A DNA stretch of 60,870 nucleotides from Candidatus Omnitrophota bacterium (lineage in GTDB: Bacteria > Omnitrophota > Gorgyraeia > Gygaellales > Profunditerraquicolaceae). The translations under genes were made by a program, and so were the position numbers. Under the pieces are notes generated by a model. That model searched no databases. It was not told the origin of the DNA and saw nothing but the letters and a program-made list of their open reading frames with translations. This document shows positions 36,600 through 47,053 of this stretch, one piece after another (position 1 is the stretch's first letter; each line of letters opens with the position of its first letter). Location: contig JBAZKC010000001.1 of the NCBI GenBank assembly GCA_041651035.1, positions 1 through 60,870 on the forward strand, in the 5' to 3' direction.

Positions 36600-37355
36600 T
36601 TATCCATACCTTCCGGTAATATAATCTTCCGTCCGCTTATCACCTGGAGCGGTAAATATTTCCTGCGTTCCTCCGAATTCTATTAATTCTCCCAAAAGCA
36701 TGAAACCCGTGTCATCCGAAACACGCGCCGCCTGCTGCATATTATGAGTGACTATTATTATAGTATAATTATTCTTAAGCTCACGCATCAATTCTTCAAT
36801 CCTGGCGGTAGCCTGCGGGTCTAACGCAGAGCACGGTTCATCCATCAATAATATATCCGGCTTAACCGCGATAAGCCTGGCGATGCATAATCTCTGCCTC
36901 TGCTCTAAAGATAACCTCAAAGCAGGGCTATGTAGTTTATTCTTTAACTCATCCCATAAAAGAACGCTTTTCAGGCTTTTCTCAACTATCCCGTCTAATT
37001 TATTCCGGGCTCTCCCGTTGGAATGGATCTTTTCTCCGAAAATGATATTCTCGTAGATAGACAACGGGAACGGGTTAGGCCGCTGGAATACCATGCCTAC
37101 GTTCCTGCGCAAGGATACCAGGTCTGTACGGGGATCAAGAATATTGGCTTTACCAATCAAAACTTCGCCTTTTGTGCGCACACCCTCAATCAGATCGTTC
37201 ATACGGTTAAAAACCCGCAGCATGGTTGATTTACCGCATCCCGAAGGCCCGATTATAGCGGTAATCCTATTAGCGCTAAAAGATGAATTTATGCCTTTTA
37301 AAGCGTGAAAATCACTATACCAAAGATCCAATCCTTTCGTTATTATCTTTGACAT
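36600..37355 (-). CDS. pstB: Phosphate ABC transporter ATPase PstB, copy 1 (degenerate signature motif LSLEQ)
   Basis: 251 aa with the PstB-specific C-terminus [10 protein letters not shown]. Walker A (GPSGCGKST), the Q-loop (VFQRPNPFP), Walker B (LLMDEP) and the H-loop (VTHNMQQA) are canonical. The signature is LSLEQ (36900-36914). Confidence 0.9.
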   Translation of the reverse strand: MSKIITKGLDLWYSDFHALKGINSSFSANRITAIIGPSGCGKSTMLRVFNRMNDLIEGVRTKGEVLIGKANILDPRTDLVSLRRNVGMVFQRPNPFPLSIYENIIFGEKIHSNGRARNKLDGIVEKSLKSVLLWDELKNKLHSPALRLSLEQRQRLCIARLIAVKPDILLMDEPCSALDPQATARIEELMRELKNNYTIIIVTHNMQQAARVSDDTGFMLLGELIEFGGTQEIFTAPGDKRTEDYITGRYG

Positions 37356-38101
37356 TATCCGAACTTCCCCCTGATATAATCATCTGTGCGGCTGTCATCG
37401 GGAGCCGTAAAGATCTTATCTGTCTTATCCAGCTCAATGAGTTCCCCGCCCAAGAAGAAAGCCGTCCTGTCACCGACCCTGGCGGCCTGCTTTACGTTAT
37501 TAGTAACCAGGACTATAGTATATTTTTGTTTAAGCTTGATCATAGCGTCTTCTATTTTGGCAGTAGAGATAGGATCAAGGCCCGAACAGGGCTCATCAAA
37601 TAAGATCACTTCCGGCTCAACCGCCAGCGTCCTGGCTATGCATAAACGCTGCTGCTGGCCTCCGGATAATTTAAAAGCAGACGAGCTTAACCGGTCTTTT
37701 ACCTCTTCCCAAAGATAGGCCTCTCTTAAGACGCTTTCCACTCTCTCTTTTAATAATTTCGTATTTCTTGCTCCGTGCATCCTTATTCCGTAAGCCACAT
37801 TATCAAATATAGATAACGGCAAAGGAAGGGGCAGCGCGAATACCATACCCACCATTTTCCGTAACAGCTCCACATCTATTTCTTTAATATTTTTCTTATC
37901 AAGCTTAACCTCCCCGCCCATCCTGAAATTAGGCATAAGATCATTTAAGCGGTTAAGCATCCTTAAGAAAGTCGTTTTGCCGCTGTTTGACGGCCCGATA
38001 ACGCTTAATATCTCATTGGACTGGATATCCATGCTCACGTTTTTTAACGCCTGTATTAAACCAAACCAGATATTAAGATTTTTTATGCCGAATATTACCA
38101 T
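37355..38101 (-). CDS. pstB: Phosphate ABC transporter ATPase PstB, copy 2 (degenerate Q-loop and H-loop)
   Basis: 248 aa with C-terminus [10 protein letters not shown]. The signature [13 protein letters not shown] is canonical. The Q-loop Gln is replaced by Ala (37835-37837), the H-loop His by Asn (37499-37501), and Walker A reads GPSNSGKTT. Confidence 0.85.
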   Translation of the reverse strand: MVIFGIKNLNIWFGLIQALKNVSMDIQSNEILSVIGPSNSGKTTFLRMLNRLNDLMPNFRMGGEVKLDKKNIKEIDVELLRKMVGMVFALPLPLPLSIFDNVAYGIRMHGARNTKLLKERVESVLREAYLWEEVKDRLSSSAFKLSGGQQQRLCIARTLAVEPEVILFDEPCSGLDPISTAKIEDAMIKLKQKYTIVLVTNNVKQAARVGDRTAFFLGGELIELDKTDKIFTAPDDSRTDDYIRGKFG

Positions 38102-38946
38102 TTCTTTCTCTTCCTGAATTTATAACGTATGATTATCGCGACTAAATTCATGACTAAGACGAGCGTTAACAATACCAAGGCGGTCCCATACCTTACCTTC
38201 TCATCCACATTAGGCACCTGCGTTGAAATAACGTAAAGATGGTACGGCAGGGCCATTGCCTGATCAAGCGCGGATTTCGGAAGCTGAGGAAGATAAAACG
38301 CCGCTACCGTAAACAAAATCGGGGCCGTCTCTCCCGCCGCGCGGCCCAGGCCTAAAATAGTCCCGGTTAATATCCCGGGGATAGCGTTTGGTAAAACAAT
38401 ATGCCTTATGGTCTGCCATTTGCTGGCACCCAAGGATAAACTTACCTCGCGGAATGAATGCGGGACGCTTTCCAGCGCCTCGCGCGAAGCGGTAATGATC
38501 AACGGCAAAATCATAATCCCCAGTGTAAGCGAACCAGAAATAATGGACGCTCCCAGCTTAAAAAACACAACAAACAACGCTAACCCAAAGAGCCCGTAAA
38601 CTACTGAGGAGACGCCCGCCAGATTCACAATCGCTAATTTTATAATACGGTTGAGCGCGTTGTCCCTGGAATACTCGCTTAAATATACAGCTGCCAGCAG
38701 CCCTATCGGCAAGGCAAAAACGATCGCGCCTGTTACAAGATACAAAGTCCCTACGATTGCCGGGAAAATCCCTCCGCTGCGCATCCCCTGCCGCGGTATA
38801 TCGGAGAGAAACTGCCAGTTGATCGCAGGCAGCCCTTTCTGGATAATAATAACAACGATTAATCCTACAGGGACTACTATTAAAAGCGTCGCCAGGAATA
38901 AAAAGAAAAAAGCGATATTCTGCGTGCGGTAAGGATTCCTCATCAT
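38095..38946 (-). CDS. pstA: Phosphate ABC transporter permease PstA
   Basis: 283 aa polytopic protein with the EAA-type loop (SLGASKWQTIRHIVLPNAIPGI). It is the second permease in pstSCAB order. Confidence 0.9.
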   Translation of the reverse strand: MMRNPYRTQNIAFFFLFLATLLIVVPVGLIVVIIIQKGLPAINWQFLSDIPRQGMRSGGIFPAIVGTLYLVTGAIVFALPIGLLAAVYLSEYSRDNALNRIIKLAIVNLAGVSSVVYGLFGLALFVVFFKLGASIISGSLTLGIMILPLIITASREALESVPHSFREVSLSLGASKWQTIRHIVLPNAIPGILTGTILGLGRAAGETAPILFTVAAFYLPQLPKSALDQAMALPYHLYVISTQVPNVDEKVRYGTALVLLTLVLVMNLVAIIIRYKFRKRKKW

Positions 38947-39806
38947 TGCCTTTTATGCAGGAACAGATCCGCGGTTACATTGATCGCGAAACTCATGATA
39001 AACAAGACTACGCCGATAGCAAATAATGCGAAATAATGCTCACTTCCTACCACTGCTTCACCCATTTCAGCGGCGATGGTAGCAGTTAAGGTCCTGACCG
39101 GCGCCAGGATACTCTGCGGCATTGCTGCGGCGTTACCGGTGATCATCATTACCGCCATGGTCTCTCCGATTACCCTGCCGATCCCGAGCATAACCGCCGC
39201 AAGTATACCGCTGGAAGCCGCCGGAAGCATTACGCGCCATATCGTCTGCCAATGCGTTGCCCCTAAAGCGAAGGCCCCTTCTTTGTAATTCTTAGGCACT
39301 GAATAAAGCGCGTCTTCTGCGATTGAGACTATTGTCGGCATAGCCATAAACGCCAGCATTATTGAACCGGATAAAGCAGTTAACCCCGTCGGCAAATGAA
39401 AAATACTTTTTACTAAGGGCACTAGGGTCACCATTCCGATAAACCCCAAGACAACGCTCGGGATTGCTGCCAATAATTCTATCCCCGCCTTAAGGACTTC
39501 CTTGACTTTCAAGGGAGCTATTTCGGCAATGTAAATCGCGCAACCTACGCCTATAGGAATAGAAATAATTGCCGCCCCCGCGGTAACCAAGAGCGACCCA
39601 AGTATCAAGGGGAGTATCCCCAATTGCGGCGGTTCTGAAATTGGATACCAGCTTTTCCCAAAAAGAAACTTAAAGGGGCTTACGGTTTTAAATACCGCAA
39701 GCCCCTCCTTAAGCAGAAATAAGAAAATAAGCGCGACGAATAATATTGAAGCTAGGCCGCAGATAAGTATAAGTTTCTCAATAATAAACTCTTTGAATTT
39801 ACGCAT
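38943..39806 (-). CDS. pstC: Phosphate ABC transporter permease PstC
   Basis: 287 aa with ALGATHWQTIWRVMLPAASSGI. It is the first permease after pstS. Confidence 0.9.
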   Translation of the reverse strand: MRKFKEFIIEKLILICGLASILFVALIFLFLLKEGLAVFKTVSPFKFLFGKSWYPISEPPQLGILPLILGSLLVTAGAAIISIPIGVGCAIYIAEIAPLKVKEVLKAGIELLAAIPSVVLGFIGMVTLVPLVKSIFHLPTGLTALSGSIMLAFMAMPTIVSIAEDALYSVPKNYKEGAFALGATHWQTIWRVMLPAASSGILAAVMLGIGRVIGETMAVMMITGNAAAMPQSILAPVRTLTATIAAEMGEAVVGSEHYFALFAIGVVLFIMSFAINVTADLFLHKRQ

Positions 39807-39846
39807 TGAGCCCCTGATTTTTCTTATTGCGGTGAAATTTCACAGG

Positions 39847-40698
39847 TCATTTTACCGGAACAAAATCGGTTGCCAAAACCACATCCTGGCCTTCCTTGGA
39901 AAGCGTAAAATCTGCGAATTTACTTATTAACCCTTGCGGCTGCCCGTTTGTATAAAGGAACAGTGGACGGGATATAGGATACTTGCCGCTTCTTACATTT
40001 TCAATAAGGGGCGCGATATATTCTGAATTCTTGTCTTTGGCTACCAGAATAGCTTTTTGCCTGGCGCAGACATAACCCATCCCATAATAACCGATAGCCG
40101 CCGTATTATTAGCTACTTCATCGGCAATTGCCTGGGAAGATGAAAGCATCAAGGCCCCGGCAGCAAACTCTTCTTTTGAATCAGGGTCATTCTTTCTTAA
40201 CACGTGCTCTTTAAAATAAACATGTGTGCCTGAATTGACTTCCCGGGATAGTATGACAATCTTTTCATCCTTGCCTCCTACCTCTTCCCAGTTAGAGATC
40301 CTGCCGGTGAAAATCCCCGCTAACTGCTCAATGGTAAGCTTGCTTACAGGATTACGCGGACTAACCACAACCGCCAGCCCATCCAATCCCACTTTTATTT
40401 CATTCGGATTTACGCCTTTCTGTTTAGCCAGGGCAATTTCTCTTTCTTTAATGTTCCTTGAACTCATGGCAATATCGCAGGTTCCGCTTATAAGGCTGGA
40501 GAACCCGGTGCCCGAACCTCCGCCTGTAACTGCCACAAAACTACCAGGGTTATCCTGCATATATTTTTCAGCCCAGGCCTGGCCTAAATTAACCATGGTA
40601 TCTGAGCCTTTGATCTGGATGGAATTCTTATCTTTGGCGGCAAACGCAGACGCCGTAAATATAAACGCGGCTAATATGAATAACCAATTCCTACGCAT
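39847..40698 (-). CDS. pstS: Phosphate-binding protein PstS
   Basis: 283 aa with a signal peptide and GSDTMVNL...GGGSGTG, typical of the PstS/PBP family. Confidence 0.9.
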   Translation of the reverse strand: MRRNWLFILAAFIFTASAFAAKDKNSIQIKGSDTMVNLGQAWAEKYMQDNPGSFVAVTGGGSGTGFSSLISGTCDIAMSSRNIKEREIALAKQKGVNPNEIKVGLDGLAVVVSPRNPVSKLTIEQLAGIFTGRISNWEEVGGKDEKIVILSREVNSGTHVYFKEHVLRKNDPDSKEEFAAGALMLSSSQAIADEVANNTAAIGYYGMGYVCARQKAILVAKDKNSEYIAPLIENVRSGKYPISRPLFLYTNGQPQGLISKFADFTLSKEGQDVVLATDFVPVK

Positions 40699-40768
40699 GA
40701 TTCCTCCTTTTAGGATTACTTATTTTAACAGATAATTTACCGGAAGGCAACGCTATTTGGATGAATAT

Positions 40769-42139
40769 TTATTTCTCCAATATATTCTTGGAAAAATGGC
40801 AGGCAGGCTTAATTGGGTACTTTCCCGTGTAACAGGCGGTACAAAAATTTTCTTTGGGAAGAGGCATGGATTTCAGCATCCCTTCAAGGCTTAAGTATTC
40901 TAGGCTGTCCGCACCGATAAAATCGCGGACCCAGGCAATATCATGCTTTGAGGCAACAAGTTCTTTCTCGGTAGGAAAATCGATCCCGTAAAAACAGGGG
41001 AATCTAAGCGGCGGGCAGCTTACCCGCATATGTATCACTTTCGCCCCTGCCTGGCGCAAAGTTTTCACGCGCATCCTGCTGGTCGTACCACGCACAATGG
41101 AATCTTCCACTATAATGACTTTCTTGCCGTTTAATACTTCTCTTAAGGGATTAAGTTTTACCCTCACCCGGAAATCGCGCAGGTCTTGAGTCGGCTGGAT
41201 AAACGTCCTGCCGATATAATGGTTGCGGATCATTCCGTATTCAAAAGGAATCTTTGAAGCTTCAGAAAACCCTAAAGCCGCGTATGTGCCTGAATCGGGG
41301 ATAGGCATTACCAGGTCTGCCTCAGCGGGAAATTCAGCTGCTAATTGCGCCCCCAGCCTTTTACGCGTAGTATAGACGTTATGCTCAAAGATATTGCTGT
41401 CCGGCCTGGCAAAATATACGTATTCAAAGATACAGAACGCGCGCGCCGTCTCTTTAGGGGACATGACAGATTCTATCCTGTCTTTATAGATAAATACGGT
41501 CTCCCCCGGCTGAATATCTCTTATATATTTAGCGCCGATCAGATCCAAGGCGCAAGTTTCACTGGCTAATACATGCGCGCCGTCTAGTTGGCCTAAACAC
41601 AACGGCCTCCAGCCAAAAGTATCCCTTGCCCCGATTAAAATATCATTGAGCATCAATACTAAAGAATAAGCCCCTTCTAATTTAGAGAGCGACCAGGTTA
41701 TCGCTTCCTTAACATCATTCTTCTGGCTGTGCGCCAACAGATGGGCGATGATCTCCGAATCCATGGTAGTCTGGAACAAAGCGCCTTTATTTTCTAATTC
41801 TTTATGGAGGCTTGATGTGTTGGTAAGATTGCCGTTATGCGCGATAGCGATATCGCCGATTTTTGATTTTACGTAAAAAGGCTGGGTATTCTTGATGTTG
41901 CTTGAGCCGGTAGTAGAATAACGCACATGGCCTATTGCCATTTCACCGCGTAAGGAACGGATTATTTTTTCATCAAAACAATCACTTACTAAACCTAACG
42001 CTTTATGCAAATATACCTTCTTGCCGTTGCGCGTGATTATCCCGCTTGATTCCTCTCCTCTATGCTGAAGAGCGTAAAGGCCTAAACAAGCAAGGTTTGC
42101 CGCGTCCTTATGTGGATATATCCCGAATATTCCGCACAT
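40769..42139 (-). CDS. purF: Amidophosphoribosyltransferase
   Basis: 456 aa. MCGIFGI provides the N-terminal Cys nucleophile, and the PRT motif VIIVEDSIVRGTT is present. Confidence 0.9.
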   Translation of the reverse strand: MCGIFGIYPHKDAANLACLGLYALQHRGEESSGIITRNGKKVYLHKALGLVSDCFDEKIIRSLRGEMAIGHVRYSTTGSSNIKNTQPFYVKSKIGDIAIAHNGNLTNTSSLHKELENKGALFQTTMDSEIIAHLLAHSQKNDVKEAITWSLSKLEGAYSLVLMLNDILIGARDTFGWRPLCLGQLDGAHVLASETCALDLIGAKYIRDIQPGETVFIYKDRIESVMSPKETARAFCIFEYVYFARPDSNIFEHNVYTTRKRLGAQLAAEFPAEADLVMPIPDSGTYAALGFSEASKIPFEYGMIRNHYIGRTFIQPTQDLRDFRVRVKLNPLREVLNGKKVIIVEDSIVRGTTSRMRVKTLRQAGAKVIHMRVSCPPLRFPCFYGIDFPTEKELVASKHDIAWVRDFIGADSLEYLSLEGMLKSMPLPKENFCTACYTGKYPIKPACHFSKNILEK

Positions 42140-42181
42140 TTGAGCACCTTAAGCTTTTATTCAGCGAAATCCCGCCGAATG

Positions 42182-42245
42182 CCCTAAAATTATCGCAAGA
42201 GAATTTTAGGGTAGATTATGAGGAGGGATAGCATGGCTATCCCTC
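42182..42245 (-). promoter_or_regulatory. Two consecutive perfect 10-bp hairpins between purL and purF
   Basis: CCCTAAAATT (42182-42191) pairs with AATTTTAGGG (42202-42211). GAGGGATAGC (42223-42232) pairs with GCTATCCCTC (42236-42245), and this second hairpin overlaps the purL stop codon. Confidence 0.5.
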
Positions 42246-44465
42246 AATCTTCCTCTTTAACGACCCGCCCCACTCTTCATATAAATCTTCCAAGGGCAGA
42301 CAAATCAATTCTTTCGCCCCGTTTAAAATCCTTAAAACCTGCCCTCCGGTCTTGCCGATAACGCGAAAAGGGGCTTTAAATTTCAAAGCTATCTTCCTGA
42401 TCTTTTCCACAGAAGCTTTATCGCAAGAAATAATGATCCTTGACTGGGACTCGCCAAAAAATAAAGCATCTGACCTGATATTATAATCCAAATTATCAAT
42501 ATTGGCTCCAATAATTTTATTCTTATTTGAAATACAGCATTCAGCCAGGGCTACAGCCAGCCCGCCTTCAGAACAATCATGGGCCGAATTAACCAAGCCC
42601 TTCTCTATCGCTTCCAGAGCTGCCTTTTGGACAGCCTGCTCTAACTTCAGGTCTATATGAGGCACGCTGCCTTTTATCATATTATGCGCCTCTGCCAGGT
42701 ACTCGCTTGCCCCTAATTCTTCTTTAGAGCGGCCTAAAAGTATGACCATATCTCCGGACTGTTTAAAATTCTGAGTGCAAACTCTATCCACATGATTAAC
42801 AATACCGATCATGCCTATGGTAGGAGTAGGATTAATGCTAGATTGCGGGCTTTCATTATAGAGAGAAACGTTACCGCTTACTACCGCTACATTAAATGAC
42901 TTGCAGGCATCCCGTATCCCTTCTATGCAATTCTTAAAATACCAGAAACTTTCCGGTTTTTCGGGATTACCAAAATTAAGGCAATCCGTAACTGCTGCCG
43001 GACGAGCCCCTGAACAAACAAGATTCCTGGCTGCTTCTGCTATAGCGATCTGCGCGCCTTTATAGGGATCAAGAAAACAATAGCGGCTATTACAATCGGT
43101 AGTAGCAGCTATAGCCTTATCAGTTCCTTTTAACCTCAACACCGCGGCATCCGAACCAGGTAATACTATGGTATTAACCTGCACCATATGGTCGTATTGT
43201 TCATATACCCAGGCCTTATTAGCAATAGACGGAACTGCCAAGAGTTTTAACAACGCCTTATTATAATCCTTGGGCTCAGGGATATTCTTAAGCGCGAACT
43301 TAGTTGCCTCTTTTAAATGCGCGGGCTTTTTATAAGGCATGTCGTATACCGGGGCCCTGGTTAAAGAATGCGCTTTTATGCGGGCTACTATCTTGCCGTT
43401 ATCCCTGATGGTTACTGATTTATCATTAGTGACTTTCCCAATAACAGAGGCGCAAAGCCCCCACTTCAGGAATATTTTCTTTACCTGTTCTTCCTTGCCT
43501 TTCTTTACGCAAACAAGCATCCTCTCCTGGGATTCAGACATCATTAATTCCCAGGGCTCCATATTCTCTTCGCGCCTGGGCACTGCCTGCAATTCCACAT
43601 CCATGCCTGAATTGCCCGCTGATGCCATTTCGCTCGTGCAACAGGTAAGTCCGGCAGCTCCCATATCTTTGATCCCCGCGACATAGCCTGTATTGATGGC
43701 CTCCAGCGTAGCCTCTATCAAACACTTCTCGGTAAATGGATCGCCTATCTGGACTGTAGGCCTTTTTTCTTCGCCTTCTTTAAATTCATGCGAAGCCAGT
43801 ATGCTGCATCCGCCTATCCCGTCCCGCCCCGTGCTTGAACCTACATACATGATCGAATTCCCCAGGCCAACTGCGCGCGCCCGGACCAGTTCAGTCTGTT
43901 TGGCTATGCCGATACACATCGCGTTAACCAGGCAATTACCGGTGTAGCTCTTATCAAAATAGATCTCTCCTCCGACAGTAGGCACCCCCACGCAATTCCC
44001 ATAGAACTGGATACCTTCTATAACTCCCCTAAAGATATACTTATTATACGTTTGAGTAAGCGGGCCGAAACGCAGAGAATCCAACAATGCGATTGGCCTG
44101 GCTCCGGCAGTGAATATATCCCTTATAATACCGCCTACTCCCGTAGCAGCGCCTTGCTTAGGCTCAACCTGAGAGGGATGATTATGGCTCTCCATTTTAA
44201 ATATTATGGCTAAACCATCGACGATAATGCCTCCCGCGTCTTCTCCTATTAATGTCTTGTATTTACCTGTCTTAGGCAGGATTTTCAGCCATTTACGGGA
44301 ACGCGGGTATCCGCAATGCTCAGACCATTCCACTGAAAACATCGCCAGCTCCGTATCCGAAGGCTTACGCTTTAAGATCTTTAAAATATGCCGGTATTCC
44401 TGGTCGCTTAAACCGAGCGAGCGGTATGCGCCTGGTTTCATCGTTATCTTTTGACCTCCAGCCAT
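42237..44465 (-). CDS. purL: Phosphoribosylformylglycinamidine synthase subunit PurL
   Basis: 742 aa small-type PurL ([18 protein letters not shown]). Confidence 0.9.
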   Translation of the reverse strand: MAGGQKITMKPGAYRSLGLSDQEYRHILKILKRKPSDTELAMFSVEWSEHCGYPRSRKWLKILPKTGKYKTLIGEDAGGIIVDGLAIIFKMESHNHPSQVEPKQGAATGVGGIIRDIFTAGARPIALLDSLRFGPLTQTYNKYIFRGVIEGIQFYGNCVGVPTVGGEIYFDKSYTGNCLVNAMCIGIAKQTELVRARAVGLGNSIMYVGSSTGRDGIGGCSILASHEFKEGEEKRPTVQIGDPFTEKCLIEATLEAINTGYVAGIKDMGAAGLTCCTSEMASAGNSGMDVELQAVPRREENMEPWELMMSESQERMLVCVKKGKEEQVKKIFLKWGLCASVIGKVTNDKSVTIRDNGKIVARIKAHSLTRAPVYDMPYKKPAHLKEATKFALKNIPEPKDYNKALLKLLAVPSIANKAWVYEQYDHMVQVNTIVLPGSDAAVLRLKGTDKAIAATTDCNSRYCFLDPYKGAQIAIAEAARNLVCSGARPAAVTDCLNFGNPEKPESFWYFKNCIEGIRDACKSFNVAVVSGNVSLYNESPQSSINPTPTIGMIGIVNHVDRVCTQNFKQSGDMVILLGRSKEELGASEYLAEAHNMIKGSVPHIDLKLEQAVQKAALEAIEKGLVNSAHDCSEGGLAVALAECCISNKNKIIGANIDNLDYNIRSDALFFGESQSRIIISCDKASVEKIRKIALKFKAPFRVIGKTGGQVLRILNGAKELICLPLEDLYEEWGGSLKRKIEG

Positions 44466-45142
44466 TTAACTATTGACTCAAATATGAAATAGCCATCACG
44501 CAAACCAAGGTCCGTTTCAGAACTGCGTTCAGGATGCGGCATCATACCCAAGACATTACCTTTCTTGTTTATAATTCCCGCGATATTATCCAACGCTCCA
44601 TTGGGATTAGCTGAACCGTCAACCACTCCCGCGGCGGAGCAATAACGGAATGCTACCTGATCATTGTCTTTCAGTTCTTTTAACCCGTCGGAGTCAATAT
44701 AATAATTGCCTTCGTTATGCGCGATGGGGATATTTAATACTTGGCCTTCTCGGTATAAGTTCGTAAATCTGGTGCGGGTATTCTGTGCCTTTATATAAAT
44801 ATGCCTGCAGATAAAATGCAGTCCGGCGTTCCTTAACATAACTCCGGGCAATAGCCCTGCTTCCAGAAGTATCTGGAATCCATTGCAAATCCCTATTACG
44901 GTCCCGCCCTTGGCGGCAAAAGCAGCGACAGACTTCATCACCGGAGAAAACCTGGCTATAGCGCCTGTCCTTAGGTAATCTCCGTAGCTAAACCCCCCCG
45001 GCAATATTACGCAATCAAGCCTTTTGAGTTCGGTATCTTGATGCCATATATACTTAACGGGCTGCTTCAGGACGTCTTTTATTACGTAAAAACAATCCTT
45101 GTCACAATTAGAACCCGGAAAAACTACTACTCCAAATTTCAT
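44444..45142 (-). CDS. purQ: Phosphoribosylformylglycinamidine synthase, glutaminase subunit PurQ
   Basis: 232 aa with [21 protein letters not shown] and MPHPER. Confidence 0.9.
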   Translation of the reverse strand: MKFGVVVFPGSNCDKDCFYVIKDVLKQPVKYIWHQDTELKRLDCVILPGGFSYGDYLRTGAIARFSPVMKSVAAFAAKGGTVIGICNGFQILLEAGLLPGVMLRNAGLHFICRHIYIKAQNTRTRFTNLYREGQVLNIPIAHNEGNYYIDSDGLKELKDNDQVAFRYCSAAGVVDGSANPNGALDNIAGIINKKGNVLGMMPHPERSSETDLGLRDGYFIFESIVKWLEVKR

Positions 45143-45391
45143 TTATTCCTCGGTTATCTTAAAACGATATTCTTCTATTATGGGATTAGCCAACAGCTTT
45201 TTACACATTTGTTCAACTTCTTGTTGGGCCTTCTTCTTATTCTGGGAATTTAGTTTAAGGACAACTAGTTTGCCGGCACGGACATCTGCCAAGCCTTTAT
45301 AGCCTAACGATTCTAAGGCGTGCCTGATAGTCAAACCCTGGGGGTCGGCTACGGTCCTCTTTAAAGTAATACTGATCTCTGCTCTTAACAT
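45143..45391 (-). CDS. purS: Phosphoribosylformylglycinamidine synthase subunit PurS
   Basis: 82 aa with VADPQG...L, in the position typical for purS-purQ-purL. Confidence 0.85.
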   Translation of the reverse strand: MLRAEISITLKRTVADPQGLTIRHALESLGYKGLADVRAGKLVVLKLNSQNKKKAQQEVEQMCKKLLANPIIEEYRFKITEE

Positions 45392-45406
45392 GCCTCCTCC
45401 ATAATT

Positions 45407-47053
45407 TTAAGACTCATAAGTCGAATAATAGTACGGAGTAAATGCCTCAAATTCCGCCGCGCAAGTATCTACAAGTTTATAGGCCGGCTCTATCCCTAAT
45501 CCCTGCCGCCATTTTCTTACCGCCCCTTCGGTCTGATGCAATAAACGGGCCAGCTGCAGGTCTGAAAAACCAAACTCTTTTGCTTTTCTGAGCAGGCCAA
45601 CCGAACTTGCTTCCTGGTTTAATCTTAACCCCGAGATTATATCTTTTTCCAATTCCACGATCTGCCGGATATTTTCCAAGAACCAGGGGTCAATCTGGCT
45701 CAATTGATTGATCTCTTTTATCCCCCATCCTTGCTGAAGAGCATGTTTAATATACAGGATCCTTGAGGCATTAGGGATCCTTAAGTTATCCTTTAACTCA
45801 TCTACGGAAGGCTTATGTTTTAAGTCTTCTAAGCCGCTTAATCCGATCTCTAAGGAGCGCAGGCCTTTTTGCAGCGCCTCTTTAAATGTCCGGCCGATAG
45901 ACATGACTTCTCCCACGGATTTCATAGAAACGGTTAAAGTAGGGTCGGTAGAAGGAAATTTTTCAAAAGTAAACCGGGGGATCTTTACCACACAGTAATC
46001 AATAGCCGGCTCAAAACAAGCGGGTGTTTTCTTGGTGATGTCGTTGGATATCTCATCTAAAGTATATCCCACCGCCAGTTTTGCCGCGATCTTGGCTATA
46101 GGAAAACCGGTCGCTTTAGAGGCTAACGCGGAACTTCTGGAGACGCGGGGGTTCATCTCAATAACAACCATTCTTCCTGTCTGAGGATGGACGGCAAACT
46201 GGATATTAGAACCTCCAGTTTCCACGCCGATCTCCCTGATACAGGCGATAGCCGCGTCCCGCATCTTCTGGTATTCTTTATCGGTAAGCGTTTGAATGGG
46301 TGCTACGGTTATGCTGTCTCCAGTATGGACGCCCATCGGGTCAAAATTCTCAATAGAACAAATAATTACTACGTTATCTTTTAAATCCCGCATTACCTCT
46401 AACTCGAATTCCTTCCATCCCATAACGGATTCTTCAATAAGGACCTCGCCTATGATACTTGACTCCAGGCCCCGTTTAGCTAATACATTAAATTCTTCTA
46501 TATTATAAGCTACGCTGCCACCGGTACCTCCCAAGGTAAAGCTTGGCCTGATAATTACCGGAAACCCTATATCCCTAACGACATCGCAGGCTTCTTTTAA
46601 GTTATACGCCCTTCCGCTCTTAGGCAGGTCCAAGCCGATCTTTTTCATCGCTTCTTTGAATAACTGCCTGTCTTCTCCTTTTTTAATCGCCTTTACATCG
46701 GCTCCTATGGTCTCTACTTTATATTTCTTTAATACGCCTTTTTCCGATAATTCCACTGCCGCGTTTAAAGCAGTCTGGCCGCCTAAAGTAGGCAAGAGCG
46801 CATCCGGTTTCTCTCTGGCGATGATCTTGGTTATTGATTCTACGGTAATAGGTTCAATATATGTCCTATAGGCCATATCCGGGTCAGTCATAATAGTGGC
46901 GGGGTTTGAATTCACCAAAACTACCTTATAGCCTTCCTGCGCCAAAACCTTACAAGCCTGGGTGCCGGAATAATCGAATTCACAAGCCTGGCTGATGATG
47001 ATCGGCCCTGAGCCGATGATTAATATTTTTTTTATATCTGTTCTCTTAGGCAT
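45407..47053 (-). CDS. carB: Carbamoyl-phosphate synthase large subunit, N-terminal half only (split carB)
   Basis: 548 aa from [33 protein letters not shown] to [18 protein letters not shown]. It ends where full-length CarB continues into its second ATP-grasp half. purS follows 15 nt later. Confidence 0.9.
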   Translation of the reverse strand: MPKRTDIKKILIIGSGPIIISQACEFDYSGTQACKVLAQEGYKVVLVNSNPATIMTDPDMAYRTYIEPITVESITKIIAREKPDALLPTLGGQTALNAAVELSEKGVLKKYKVETIGADVKAIKKGEDRQLFKEAMKKIGLDLPKSGRAYNLKEACDVVRDIGFPVIIRPSFTLGGTGGSVAYNIEEFNVLAKRGLESSIIGEVLIEESVMGWKEFELEVMRDLKDNVVIICSIENFDPMGVHTGDSITVAPIQTLTDKEYQKMRDAAIACIREIGVETGGSNIQFAVHPQTGRMVVIEMNPRVSRSSALASKATGFPIAKIAAKLAVGYTLDEISNDITKKTPACFEPAIDYCVVKIPRFTFEKFPSTDPTLTVSMKSVGEVMSIGRTFKEALQKGLRSLEIGLSGLEDLKHKPSVDELKDNLRIPNASRILYIKHALQQGWGIKEINQLSQIDPWFLENIRQIVELEKDIISGLRLNQEASSVGLLRKAKEFGFSDLQLARLLHQTEGAVRKWRQGLGIEPAYKLVDTCAAEFEAFTPYYYSTYES

